DNA of 64,000 nt from Dictyoglomus sp. (GCA_025060475.1 JANXBZ010000009.1:31406-95405), one strand, 5' to 3'. Counted from the first letter of the stretch, positions 44,347 to 54,392 are shown. Notes: generated from the sequence alone by a model not told the origin. Program-made: numbers and translations.

Positions 44347-46704
44347 ATGAAAAGGTTATTTGAAACAAAATATGGTTATTTTAGAAATGAGGGAAAGGAG
44401 TATATTATTAAAACTCCAAAAACTCCAAGGCCATGGATAAATGTTATATCCAATGGAGATTATGGGGTAGTAATATCTAACACAGGTTCTTCTTATAGTT
44501 TTAGAACTCATGCTTCCCTAAACAGAATAACAAGATGGAGTCAAGATTTAATTAGAGATGACTGGGGTAAATATATCTATGTAAGGGATAATGAGAATAA
44601 AAATTTTTGGTCTATTCCTTGGAAACCAGTATGTAAAGATTATGAGGAGTTTGAGCTTGTTTATGGATTTGGATATGCTCTTTTTAATACAAAATATTTT
44701 GGAATAAGATCTGAATTAACTCTCTTTGTTCCTCTAAAGGATCCTACGGAAATCTGGTATCTGAGAATAAAGAATGAGACATCCGAAGTTAGAAATCTAT
44801 CTATTTTTACTTATCTTGAATGGAATCTTGGAGCTCCTGACTGGCATAGAGAATTTCATAAAACTTTCATAGAAACTTATTTTAATAAAGAGGGGAATTA
44901 TATATTTTCCAAAAAGAGACTTTGGGAAATTCCCAATGAAAAGGGACAGCATTGGAATCGAGATTGGGAATATACTGCCTTTCATTGGGCAAATATTCCT
45001 GTAAAGGAGGCGGAAGGCTCAAAAGAAGAATTTATTGGATTATATCAGGATCTTAAATCTCCAAAAGCTCTCTTAGAAGGCAGATTAACAAATACTTTTG
45101 GAAAATGGGAAGATGATATTGCATCACTGAAAATAGATCTAATACTTAATCCTTCAGAGGAAAAAACTCTAATATTTCTTTTAGGTGCTGTTAAGAATAA
45201 CTCAGAGTCCATAGAGAAAATTATAGAAAATTATAATTCCGAAGATAAGGTAGAAAAAGCCCTTTTGGATGTAAAGAGTATGTGGGAAGATCTTTTTTCA
45301 AAAACTTTGGTAGAAACTCCAGATTCTGCCTTTAATATAATGAACAATTATTGGTTAAAATATCAAGCAATTTCTGGAAGACTATGGGCAAGATCCGCAT
45401 ACTATCAACTAGGAGGAGCCTATGGATTTAGGGATCAACTCCAGGATAGCCAGATATTTTTATATCTTGATCCCGAAAAAACTCTGGAACAAATTAAACT
45501 TCATGCAAAACATCAATTCTCTAATGGATATGTATATCATTGGTGGCATCCCATAAGTGAAACGGGATTAAGAAATGAGATTTCAGATAATAGATTATGG
45601 CTTCCCTTCTTAGTTATTAGATATTTAAAAGATACTTATAACTGGGAAGCTCTTTATGAGAAGATACCCTATCTAGATGGAGGAGAAGGAAGTATATATG
45701 AACATTGCTGTAAAGCTATTGATCTAAGCTTGTCAAAATTCAGTGAGAGGGGTCTTCCTCTCATAGGAGATGGAGACTGGAATGATGGAATGAATGCTGT
45801 GGGAACTGATGGAAAAGGAGAAAGTATATGGCTTGGCCATTTTCTATATGGAATTCTAGTAGATTTTGCGGAGATTTGTAAAAGGGAAAAAGACAATAAA
45901 AGGGAAGACTATTATTTAAAGAGGGCAGAAGAGCTTAAAGAAGCAATAAATAAATATGCTTGGGATGGGGAATGGTATATAAGAGCCTTTAAAGATAATG
46001 GAGAGGCTATTGGAAGTAAGAATTGTAAAGAGGGAAAGATATTTTTAAATGCTCAAATATGGGCGATATTAAATAATACTGCTCCTGAAGATAGAAAAAT
46101 AAAAGCTTATGAGTCTACTAAAAAATATCTTTTTAGAGAATATGGTCCTCTTCTTCTTTACCCTGCATATACTTCTCCTGATCCTGAAATAGGCTATCTT
46201 ACAAGATATGCTCCAGGGGTCAGAGAAAATGGTGGATTGTATACTCATGCAGGATGCTGGGCAGTATTAGCCAGTTGTAAGATGAAAGATCCTGATGCTT
46301 ATAAGATTTATAAAAGTTTTATGCCTATATATAGGGGAATGGATCCTGATTTTTACAAGGTAGAACCTTATGTCACTTGTGGAAATGTAGATGGACCTGA
46401 TTCGAAATATTTTGGAAGGGGAGGCTGGAGCTGGTATACAGGATCTGCTGCCTGGTATTTTATATGTGCTTTAGAAGGAATCTTAGGAATTATTCCCACC
46501 TGGGAGGGTTTAAAAATATCTCCAAGTATTCCAGATGAGTGGAAAGAGGTAAAAGTTAAAAGATTATTCAGGGGAAAATTTTACCATATAACCATAAAAA
46601 GAGGGGACAAGTTTGAAATTTTTGTTGATGGGAAAAGGTTAGATGGAAATATTGTTAATTATCAAGGAGAAAAAAGGGATGTAAAAGTAGAGGTATATAT
46701 TTAG
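44347..46704 (+). CDS. GH94 glycoside phosphorylase (cellobiose/cellodextrin/chitobiose phosphorylase family)
   Basis: 785 aa. RSAYYQLGGAYGFRDQLQD, catalytic block LIGDGDWNDGMN, RENGGLYTHAGCW, WYTGSAAW: the GH94 signature blocks as I recall them. Confidence 0.85.
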   Translation: MKRLFETKYGYFRNEGKEYIIKTPKTPRPWINVISNGDYGVVISNTGSSYSFRTHASLNRITRWSQDLIRDDWGKYIYVRDNENKNFWSIPWKPVCKDYEEFELVYGFGYALFNTKYFGIRSELTLFVPLKDPTEIWYLRIKNETSEVRNLSIFTYLEWNLGAPDWHREFHKTFIETYFNKEGNYIFSKKRLWEIPNEKGQHWNRDWEYTAFHWANIPVKEAEGSKEEFIGLYQDLKSPKALLEGRLTNTFGKWEDDIASLKIDLILNPSEEKTLIFLLGAVKNNSESIEKIIENYNSEDKVEKALLDVKSMWEDLFSKTLVETPDSAFNIMNNYWLKYQAISGRLWARSAYYQLGGAYGFRDQLQDSQIFLYLDPEKTLEQIKLHAKHQFSNGYVYHWWHPISETGLRNEISDNRLWLPFLVIRYLKDTYNWEALYEKIPYLDGGEGSIYEHCCKAIDLSLSKFSERGLPLIGDGDWNDGMNAVGTDGKGESIWLGHFLYGILVDFAEICKREKDNKREDYYLKRAEELKEAINKYAWDGEWYIRAFKDNGEAIGSKNCKEGKIFLNAQIWAILNNTAPEDRKIKAYESTKKYLFREYGPLLLYPAYTSPDPEIGYLTRYAPGVRENGGLYTHAGCWAVLASCKMKDPDAYKIYKSFMPIYRGMDPDFYKVEPYVTCGNVDGPDSKYFGRGGWSWYTGSAAWYFICALEGILGIIPTWEGLKISPSIPDEWKEVKVKRLFRGKFYHITIKRGDKFEIFVDGKRLDGNIVNYQGEKRDVKVEVYI

Positions 46705-46839
46705 AGGGAGGTGAGAAAATTAAAAATCTTATTCTTCTAAGATACAGTGAATCCTATAGAGGAAATTGCAGGATTAAGTGATGATAATAAGTAGATGGAG
46801 TATTCTCAGAAACAAAAATAACTGACGGTTGGAACATAG

Positions 46840-47079
46840 TTGATTTTAAGCTTTCTCCAAGGAGGAAAGATATTAAAGTTAATGGAAAATATAAATATGC
46901 TGAATACCCATAGAGGAATTATTATCTTAGCTGTTTCCATAATAGCAGGGCAATACGGAGAAAATATTGGAACTATTCTTGCAGGATCCACAATTGTAGT
47001 TTTTCCCATATTAATTATTTTTCTTATTGCTCAAAGATATGTAATACGAGGTATTGCCATGACAGGATTGAGATTTTAA
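46840..47079 (+). pseudogene. C-terminal remnant of a carbohydrate ABC transporter permease (MalG-like)
   Basis: ...AGSTIVVFPILIIFLIAQRYVIRGIAMTGLRF* matches the permease C-terminal consensus (P.l..f...Q+y...G...G..K). No N-terminal 200 aa. An orphan RBS (GGGAGGTGAG, 46705-46714) follows the GH94 stop with no gene behind it. Confidence 0.6.
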
Positions 47080-47885
47080 CCCAAGGCTAAGTCAAGAAAC
47101 ATCATAATGGAAAAACCAATAAGAGCTCCAAGGGTGGGTAAATCTGTCTCTCCTGCTTTTTGAGCTTCGGGAATAAGTTCTTCAATAACTACATATATCA
47201 TAGCTCCTGCAGCAAAAGCCAAAGCATAGGGAAGAATTGGTCTTGCAATGAGAACTGCAGAAGCACCTATAACTCCTGCAATAGGCTCCACAATACCTGA
47301 CAATTGTCCATAAAAGAAACTTTTAAAAGCGGAGAGTTTTTCTCTTCTTAGAGGCATAGAAACGGCAAGTCCCTCAGGAAAATTTTGTAATCCTATACCA
47401 ATAGCAAGAGCAATAGCAGAAGTAAGGGAGGCAACATCTCCTCCTAATTTAATAGCTCCAAAAGCTACTCCAACTGCTAAGCCCTCAGGTATATTGTGAA
47501 GGGTTATGGCAAGAATTAATAAGGTAGTTCTTCGCCATGTGGTACTTACTCCTTCCTTACTTTCGTCAGGAAAATTCAGATGTAGATGGGGTATAAGTTT
47601 GTCAATAAAATAAAGGCACAATCCTCCCAACAAAAATCCTACAACTACTGGGAACCAAAAGGGGAGAGAGGATTCTTTTTGGGCTAATTCAATGGCAGGC
47701 GAAATCAAAGAAAAATAACTTGCAGATATCATAACTCCGCTGGCAAAACCGAGCATTCCATCTAATATTTTTCTGTTTACTTCTCTTGTTAAAAAAACTC
47801 CTGCAGATCCTAATGCAGTTAATCCCCAAGTAAAAAGGGTAGCAAGGAGTGCTTGAATCACAGGAGATAGGCTTTTAAAGTCCAT
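47076..47885 (-). CDS. ZIP-family divalent metal transporter (ZupT-like)
   Basis: 8 TM helices. HNIPEGLAVG and LQNFPEGLAV metal-site motifs. Confidence 0.85.
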   Translation of the reverse strand: MDFKSLSPVIQALLATLFTWGLTALGSAGVFLTREVNRKILDGMLGFASGVMISASYFSLISPAIELAQKESSLPFWFPVVVGFLLGGLCLYFIDKLIPHLHLNFPDESKEGVSTTWRRTTLLILAITLHNIPEGLAVGVAFGAIKLGGDVASLTSAIALAIGIGLQNFPEGLAVSMPLRREKLSAFKSFFYGQLSGIVEPIAGVIGASAVLIARPILPYALAFAAGAMIYVVIEELIPEAQKAGETDLPTLGALIGFSIMMFLDLALG

Positions 47886-47995
47886 AAAAACCCTCCTTTT
47901 AGAGAATTTTTAAATATTATTTTGATTTTTATTATACTAAAATCTGGAAAAGTTAGGAAAATTTCAATTTTGTAAAAAATTTTCTTCATTAAATC

Positions 47996-48024
47996 TTGAC
48001 AAAAAAATTAGGAGGTTTTATTAT
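47996..48024 (+). promoter_or_regulatory. sigma70-type promoter TTGACA-17-TATTAT upstream of the RpiR-family gene
   Basis: TTGACA 47996-48001 and TATTAT 48019-48024, 120 nt upstream of ATG 48145. The same AAATCTTGAC context occurs at 43201. Confidence 0.4.
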
Positions 48025-48144
48025 TTAAAAGTGTGATAAAAATTAAATTTTAGATTTTGTAAATTTTTTTCATAAGACTAGAATAAAAAAGATTTAACAT
48101 TTGATTGGGATTATGTTGTAAATTTTATACATGGGTTAAAAAAT

Positions 48145-48993
48145 ATGAAAGAATCTAATGTTTTAGAAAGTATAAAAGAAAAAAAGATTCACCTTCGAGC
48201 CTCCGAGGAGAAGGTTGCAAACTATATCTTAACCCATTGGCAAGAAGTTCTTCATCTTCCCATCACCGAATTTGCAGAAAGGGTTGGAGTAAGCGAAGCA
48301 ACCATAGTAAGAATGTGTAAAAAAATGGGATTTAGGGGATTCCAAGAATTAAAAATAACCCTCGCTATGGAAAAGATTCAACCAATAAAAACAGTACATC
48401 AGGCTGTTCAAGAGGGGGATGATCTTGAGACTATTTTAAAAAAGGTATTCTCTGCGAATATTAGAGCAATGGAAGCTACAATTAATGTGCTTTCCATAAA
48501 GGAATTGGATAGAGCAATAAATGCTATTTTATCCGCAAGACAACTTCAGATATATGGGGTGGGAGGATCAGGTCCTGTCGCTTTAGATGCTCAACATAAA
48601 TTCATGAAAACAGGAATTCCTACTGTTGCCTACATTGACAGTCATATGCAAGCCATGTCCGCGAGTATATTGGAGCCCAATGATGTAATAATAGGAATAT
48701 CCGCATCGGGAAGTAGTAAGGATATAATAGATGCCCTTACCTTAGCAAAGAAAAGAGGAGCAACCACTATTGGTATAACCCATTATGCTAAAACTCCTAT
48801 GGATAAGGTGCTAGATATAAAACTATCCGTATCCTCTGAGGAAACATTTTATAGAACGGAAAGCACTTCTGCCCGTATAGCCCAATTGTCTATTATTGAT
48901 GCTTTATACATAGGAGTTGCATTAAGAAGATTGGACAAGACCTTTGAGAATCTTAAATTAACAAGAGAAGCTATTGTTCCTAAAAGATTTTAA
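48145..48993 (+). CDS. MurR/RpiR-family transcriptional regulator (HTH plus SIS)
   Basis: HTH ITEFAERVGVSEATIVRMCKKMGFRGFQELK. SIS domain with IYGVGGSGPVA...ISASGSSKD. Confidence 0.9.
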   Translation: MKESNVLESIKEKKIHLRASEEKVANYILTHWQEVLHLPITEFAERVGVSEATIVRMCKKMGFRGFQELKITLAMEKIQPIKTVHQAVQEGDDLETILKKVFSANIRAMEATINVLSIKELDRAINAILSARQLQIYGVGGSGPVALDAQHKFMKTGIPTVAYIDSHMQAMSASILEPNDVIIGISASGSSKDIIDALTLAKKRGATTIGITHYAKTPMDKVLDIKLSVSSEETFYRTESTSARIAQLSIIDALYIGVALRRLDKTFENLKLTREAIVPKRF

Positions 48994-49009
48994 GAAAGGA
49001 GATTAGTAC

Positions 49010-49963
49010 ATGTCTATTAGAGTACTAATAACTCCAAGAACTTTTGAGACAAGAGGAGAGATTTATGTAAAAAGATTGGAAAAGGAAGGATACGAGGTTA
49101 TCCTTAATCCCTATGGAAGGGTATTAAAAGAGGAAGAATTGATAAAGTTAATTAAGGATGTAGATGGAATTATTGTGGGAATTGATCCATTAACAGAGAA
49201 GGTTTTAATGAGTGCAAAAAAATTAAAAGTTATTTCAAAGTATGGCGTAGGAATAGACAATATAGATATAGATACTGCAAAGAGATTAGGAATAGTAATT
49301 ACTAATACTCCTTTTGCAAATAGTAACGCAGTAGCAGAGTTAACTGTAGGCTTGATTTTTTCTGTTCTTCGTGGAATTCCTTTATCCGATAGAAAGTCTA
49401 GGGAGGGATTATGGGAAAGATTTATAGGTTATGAATTATATGGAAAAACTCTTGGAGTGATAGGGACAGGAAATATTGGAAAAAGAGTAATAAAACTTCT
49501 GAAGGGATTTGATTTAAAGATAATTTGTTATGATATTTTCCCTGATTATTCTTGGGCAGAAAAGGAAGGAGTTTCTTATGTTTCCTTTGAGGATCTCTTG
49601 AGAGACTCTGATATTATAACTCTCCATATTCCTTTGACAAAGGATACTCATCATTTGATTTCAGAAAGAGAGATTAATATGATGAAAAAATCTGCAGTTA
49701 TTATTAATACATCAAGGGGTGGAATTATTGACGAGGAAGCATTATATAAGGCATTAAAAGAAAAAAGAATCTTTGGAGCAGGATTAGATGTTTTTGAAGA
49801 AGAACCTCCTAAAAATTCTCCTTTATTCAATTTAGAGAATGTTGTTATCACCTCTCATACTGGAGCCCATACTTCGGAGGCTATAGAAAAGATGGCAGAA
49901 ATCTCTGTAGAAAATCTTATTTTAGCATTAAAGGGTGAAAAACCTAAATTTATCGTATCTTGA
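49010..49963 (+). CDS. D-isomer-specific 2-hydroxyacid dehydrogenase (glyoxylate/hydroxypyruvate/2-ketoaldonate reductase-like)
   Basis: NAD motif GVIGTGNIGKRV. Catalytic R (NTSRG), E (GAGLDVFEEEP) and H (ITSHTGAHT). Confidence 0.85.
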   Translation: MSIRVLITPRTFETRGEIYVKRLEKEGYEVILNPYGRVLKEEELIKLIKDVDGIIVGIDPLTEKVLMSAKKLKVISKYGVGIDNIDIDTAKRLGIVITNTPFANSNAVAELTVGLIFSVLRGIPLSDRKSREGLWERFIGYELYGKTLGVIGTGNIGKRVIKLLKGFDLKIICYDIFPDYSWAEKEGVSYVSFEDLLRDSDIITLHIPLTKDTHHLISEREINMMKKSAVIINTSRGGIIDEEALYKALKEKRIFGAGLDVFEEEPPKNSPLFNLENVVITSHTGAHTSEAIEKMAEISVENLILALKGEKPKFIVS

Positions 49964-49973
49964 GGAGGTAAAT

Positions 49974-50621
49974 ATGGGAAGAGAAAAAACTTTGGAAAGA
50001 ATTATTGATTGCGGGGTTGTGGCAGTAATTAGGGTTGATAATTCCGAAGAATTGTTGAATATTTCTAAAGCCTTAAAAGAAGGAGGAGTTATTGGAATTG
50101 AATTAACAATGACAACCCCTGGTGCTTTAAATATTCTTCCTGAAATCTCAAAAATTATGGGAAAGGAAATAGTCTTGGGAGTAGGTACTGTTCTTGATCC
50201 AGAAACTGCAAGGCTTGCTATTTTGGCAGGGGCGGAATTTGTAGTTTCTCCTGTTTTAAAACCTGAAATTATAAAAATCTGTCATAGATATGATAAGGTG
50301 GCAATTCCTGGAGCTTATACTCCTACAGAAATTCTAACCGCTTGGGAAGAAGGAGGAGATGTTATAAAGGTTTTTCCAGCATCTTCTTTAGGGCCTCAAT
50401 TTATAAAAGATATTCATGGTCCCATGCCCTATATTAGGCTTTCCCCTACAGGTGGGGTAAGTCTTGAAAATGTAGGAGAATTTATCAAGGCAGGAGCTTG
50501 TTTTGTAGGGGTTGGAGGAAATTTAGTGGATAAAAAACTAGTTTCTGAAAAGAAATGGGATTTATTAACCGAGAGAGCCCAAAAATTTATAGAGGAGGTG
50601 AGAAAAGCAAGAAAACAATAA
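49974..50621 (+). CDS. eda: KDPG / 4-hydroxy-2-oxoglutarate aldolase
   Basis: VVAVIRVD...GIELTMTTPGA...VGTVLD...VIKVFPA (Schiff-base Lys)...PTGGV. GAGGAGG RBS before ATG 49974; the track start at 49935 is an extension. Confidence 0.85.
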   Translation: MGREKTLERIIDCGVVAVIRVDNSEELLNISKALKEGGVIGIELTMTTPGALNILPEISKIMGKEIVLGVGTVLDPETARLAILAGAEFVVSPVLKPEIIKICHRYDKVAIPGAYTPTEILTAWEEGGDVIKVFPASSLGPQFIKDIHGPMPYIRLSPTGGVSLENVGEFIKAGACFVGVGGNLVDKKLVSEKKWDLLTERAQKFIEEVRKARKQ

Positions 50622-50674
50622 AAACTGGTAAATTAATCAAAGATTTAAAAAGATAATAATATGGAGGGAAGAAT

Positions 50675-51676
50675 ATGAAGAATTTAAAAAGGATTTCATT
50701 AATAGTTGTTTCTGCTTTAATCTTGTTGTTATTGGCAGTTCCATTGTCTGCGCAGACTCCCAAATATGTGCTAAAGTTCAACCATGTATTGTCTCCTTTA
50801 GATCCATATCATGAAGGATTTCTAAAATGGGCAAAGGCAGTAGAGGAAAGAACAAGGGGAGGATTAAAGATTGAGGTTTATCATAGTGCACAACTGGGAA
50901 GAGAGGAAGATATATTAGAACAAATAAGAAAAGGTGCCAACCTTGGACAAAATACAGACTCTGCTCGTATGGCAATGTATGTACCTGATATTGGAATAAT
51001 GAACTGTCCATATTTTGTAGATTCTCCTGAAGAAGTACAGAAACTAAAGAAGATGCCAACAGTTCATAAGTGGCTAAAGACTTTAGAGGAGAATTATGGA
51101 TTTAAGGTTCTTTCATTTGTTTGGATACAGGGATTTAGACACTTTATGACTAATAAACCCATAAAATCTCCTGAAGATCTAAAAGGACTTCGAATAAGAA
51201 CCCCTGGAGTTCCTGTTTGGCAAGAATCTATTCGTGCTTTAGGAGCAACTCCTGTTGCTCTTGCTTTTGGAGACATTTACCCAGCATTACAGCAAAAAGC
51301 AATAGATGGAGTAGAACTTGTCTACAATAATATACCAGGAATGAGATTATATGAGGTATTAAAGTATGTAAACGAAACAGGGCACATATTATTGATTAAC
51401 TTTGAAGTGGTAAGTGCAAAATGGTTCTACAGCTTACCTATTACATATCAAAAGATTCTTGAAGAAGAATGTGATAAGGCAGGAATAGAGACTACGAAAG
51501 TAGTATTTGCAAGAGAAGAAGAAGTTAAGAAGATGATTCAAGAAAGGGGAATGATTATAGTACCAAAGAAAGACATTGATATAGCAGCATTCAAGAAAGC
51601 AGGAGAAAAAGCATATGAAGTTCTAAAGATCAAGGAAGCTAAAGATAAAGTATGGAAGGAGCTTAGGAAGCAGTAA
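50675..51676 (+). CDS. dctP: TRAP transporter substrate-binding protein
   Basis: Signal peptide, then the DctP-family pattern (LKFNHVLSP..., R at GLRIRTPG for carboxylate binding). Confidence 0.85.
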   Translation: MKNLKRISLIVVSALILLLLAVPLSAQTPKYVLKFNHVLSPLDPYHEGFLKWAKAVEERTRGGLKIEVYHSAQLGREEDILEQIRKGANLGQNTDSARMAMYVPDIGIMNCPYFVDSPEEVQKLKKMPTVHKWLKTLEENYGFKVLSFVWIQGFRHFMTNKPIKSPEDLKGLRIRTPGVPVWQESIRALGATPVALAFGDIYPALQQKAIDGVELVYNNIPGMRLYEVLKYVNETGHILLINFEVVSAKWFYSLPITYQKILEEECDKAGIETTKVVFAREEEVKKMIQERGMIIVPKKDIDIAAFKKAGEKAYEVLKIKEAKDKVWKELRKQ

Positions 51677-51690
51677 AAAATTCATATCTT

Positions 51691-51731
51691 GGGATCGGGC
51701 CTCATCGGGGAGGTCCGATCCCTTTATTTTT
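51691..51731 (+). terminator. GC-rich intercistronic hairpin plus T-tract between dctP and dctQ (attenuating terminator)
   Basis: GGGATCGGGCCT-(8 nt)-AGGTCCGATCCC: 12 bp with one G-U pair, followed by TTTATTTTTT. Confidence 0.6.
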
Positions 51732-51751
51732 TAGAGGAGAGGTGATAGGAG

Positions 51752-52228
51752 ATGAGGAAAATATACGATTATCTTGGTAAAATAGAACTTTTTTTATCTC
51801 AAATATTTTTAGTAGCTATTGCAATTTTAGTTTTTATAGCAGGAGTTTCTAGAAGTTTAAGAAATCCTATTTATTGGGCAAATCCTTTGGCAAGCTTTCT
51901 TTTTGCGTGGACTGTTCTCTTAGCAACAGATGCAGCTTTTAGACAAAATAAATTGATGTCTGTAGACTTTTTAGTTAAAAGGTTTCCAGAAAGAGTACAA
52001 TCAATAATAAGATTAATAAACTACGTAATTATATTGGGATTCTTAGTTTATCTTATCATATTTGGAATACAGGCTGCCTATGATATGAGATTTAGAACCC
52101 ACGAAGGGATGTATGGATTTAGCTATTTCTGGGTTACTATTAGTGTGCCTTTTGGTGCTCTTCTTCTTCTCTTCACTACTATTTACAAGATAAAAGATGA
52201 GATAAACTTCTTAAAAGGGAGGAAATAG
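51752..52228 (+). CDS. dctQ: TRAP transporter small permease
   Basis: 158 aa, 4 TM helices, positioned between dctP and dctM. Confidence 0.8.
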   Translation: MRKIYDYLGKIELFLSQIFLVAIAILVFIAGVSRSLRNPIYWANPLASFLFAWTVLLATDAAFRQNKLMSVDFLVKRFPERVQSIIRLINYVIILGFLVYLIIFGIQAAYDMRFRTHEGMYGFSYFWVTISVPFGALLLLFTTIYKIKDEINFLKGRK

Positions 52229-52230
52229 TT

Positions 52231-53517
52231 ATGTTAATCGTTGTAATAATGTTCTTTATATTTATGCTTTTGGGAATGCCTGTGGTATTTTCTATTGCCA
52301 TATCAGGTTTTCTCTTTTTCCTACAGCATCCAGCGGAAATTCCAATGACCACTCCCATTCAATTGCCCTTAACTCAAGCATTAAACTTTGCCCTCTTAGC
52401 AATACCTTTATTCATTCTTGCAGGAAACATGATGAATAATTCGGGAATAACAAAGAGATTGATAGATCTTTCTACAGTGCTTGTGGGACACTTAAGAGGA
52501 GGATTAGCTCAGGTTACCTGTGTTCTTTCTGCTCTTATGGGAGGAGTATCGGGATCCGCTATAGCGGATGCAGCAATGGAAGCTCGTATGCTAGGTCCTG
52601 AGATGATAAAAAGAGGACTTCCCAAAGGATATGCTGCAGGTTCTCTTGTATTCTCTTCCTTAGAGGTTCCAACTATTCCTCCCAGTATTGGATTAGTCCT
52701 CTTTGGAACCATAGCTCAGGTATCCATTGGAAGACTCTTTGCAGGAGGAATAGTTCCAGGTCTTTTGATAATGACCTATCTCATGATTACTGTTGCTATT
52801 ACTGCAAGGATAAGAAATTTTCCTCCCCAGAGGGAAAAGAGAGCTTCTCTTAGAGAGATTATCTCTGCGATCTCAGGAGGTATCTGGGCAATTCTTTTTC
52901 CTGTTATACTCTTAATAGGATTAAGGGGAGGATATTTTACTCCTTCGGAAGTGGGTGCCCTTTGTGTAGTTTATGCAGTTCTCATTGGAACTTTAATCTA
53001 TGGTGATTTAAATTTTAAAAACTTTTTAGAAGCATTAAAGGGATCCACTATAGATATTGGATCTACAATGTCCCTTATAGCTTTTTCCTCTATATTCTCC
53101 TATGGAATAGTTTGGGAGAGAATACCAGAAGTTATTTCTAATTTTATTCTTGGTATTACAAATAATCCTTATGTTTTCCTGCTTATACTAATTGGTCTTT
53201 TACTTATTGCTGGTTGTTTCATTGATGCTACAGTTCTTATTCTTATGTTAACATCAATTTTCTTCCCCATTGCATTAAAATTAGGAATAGATCCTGTACA
53301 TTTTGGATTAGTTTTTGTTATAACCTGTGCAATTGGAAACTTTACTCCTCCCGTGGGTGCTGCTATGTATGCAGTATGTTCCATTTTAGATGTATCCTTA
53401 GGAGAATTTATAAGAGAATCCTGGCCCTTCCTAATTGCTGTAGTTTTAGCAGTTATCACTATAATCTTTTTCCCAGATTTAATATTATTCATTCCTAATT
53501 TAATCTTTGGAAAATAG
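52231..53517 (+). CDS. dctM: TRAP transporter large permease
   Basis: 428 aa, about 12 TM helices, DctM-like blocks (LMGGVSGSAIADAA, PPSIGLV). Confidence 0.85.
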   Translation: MLIVVIMFFIFMLLGMPVVFSIAISGFLFFLQHPAEIPMTTPIQLPLTQALNFALLAIPLFILAGNMMNNSGITKRLIDLSTVLVGHLRGGLAQVTCVLSALMGGVSGSAIADAAMEARMLGPEMIKRGLPKGYAAGSLVFSSLEVPTIPPSIGLVLFGTIAQVSIGRLFAGGIVPGLLIMTYLMITVAITARIRNFPPQREKRASLREIISAISGGIWAILFPVILLIGLRGGYFTPSEVGALCVVYAVLIGTLIYGDLNFKNFLEALKGSTIDIGSTMSLIAFSSIFSYGIVWERIPEVISNFILGITNNPYVFLLILIGLLLIAGCFIDATVLILMLTSIFFPIALKLGIDPVHFGLVFVITCAIGNFTPPVGAAMYAVCSILDVSLGEFIRESWPFLIAVVLAVITIIFFPDLILFIPNLIFGK

Positions 53518-53531
53518 GGAGGATCAAAAGT

Positions 53532-54290
53532 ATGAATTTTAAAGACAAAGTGGTATTAATAACAGGGGCAGGTTCTGGAATTGGAAGAAAGACTGCAATT
53601 ATGTTTGCAGAAAGGGGAGCCAAGGTCGCAGTAAACGATGTATCCGAGGAAAGGGGAAGAGAAACGGTAGAGATAATAAAAAATAACGGTGGAGAAGCAA
53701 TTTTTATTATAGGAGATATATCCATTTCTTCTGAGGCAGAGAGAGTTGTAAAAGAAACTGTTGATGCTTTTGGAAGGTTAGATATTCTTGTAAATAATGC
53801 AGGCATTGTTTTGGCAGGCAAGGTTGAGAATACATCGGAAGAAGATTTTGATAAGACGATGGCAATAAATGTAAAGGGACCCTTTTTATTGTCTAAATAT
53901 GCTGTTCAACAGATGAAAAGACAAGGTGGAGGAGTTATAGTAAACGTATCTTCTGAAGCAGGTTTAAAGGGAATTCCTGATAGATTTGCCTATAGTGTAT
54001 CAAAGGGGGCTCTTATTTCTTTAACAAAATCCATAGCTATAGACTATGCAAAAGAGAATATAAGAGCAAATTGTGTCTGTCCTGGAACCACATTTACACA
54101 AGGTCTTGCGGAAAGATTAAAGAAACTACCAAATCCTGATGAAGTTTTAAAACAAATGGCGGAGAGAAGACCTCTTGGAAGGCTAGGAAAAGAAGAAGAA
54201 ATTGCCTTTGCAATTCTTTTTGCAGCCTGTGATGAGGCAGCGTATATGACAGGAAGTATAATCAATATTGACGGAGGAGCTTTATTGTGA
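53532..54290 (+). CDS. Short-chain dehydrogenase/reductase (KduD / gluconate-5-dehydrogenase-like)
   Basis: TGAGSGIGR, NNAG, S...YSVSKGAL, PG..T. Confidence 0.85.
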   Translation: MNFKDKVVLITGAGSGIGRKTAIMFAERGAKVAVNDVSEERGRETVEIIKNNGGEAIFIIGDISISSEAERVVKETVDAFGRLDILVNNAGIVLAGKVENTSEEDFDKTMAINVKGPFLLSKYAVQQMKRQGGGVIVNVSSEAGLKGIPDRFAYSVSKGALISLTKSIAIDYAKENIRANCVCPGTTFTQGLAERLKKLPNPDEVLKQMAERRPLGRLGKEEEIAFAILFAACDEAAYMTGSIINIDGGALL

Positions 54291-54326
54291 AGAGATAGTT
54301 ATCTTTTTTTATTCCTAATAAAGAAT

Positions 54327-54392
54327 GAAGAGGGAACATTAGGAGAATTATATGAAAAAATCATAAATAATGTTCCCTCTTCTTTTTCTTTT
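54327..54392 (+). terminator. Long-loop terminator: 14-bp perfect stem GAAGAGGGAACATT/AATGTTCCCTCTTC followed by TTTTTCTTTTT
   Basis: Arms at 54327-54340 and 54369-54382 (28-nt loop), with a T-rich tail. 37 nt after the SDR stop. Confidence 0.5.
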
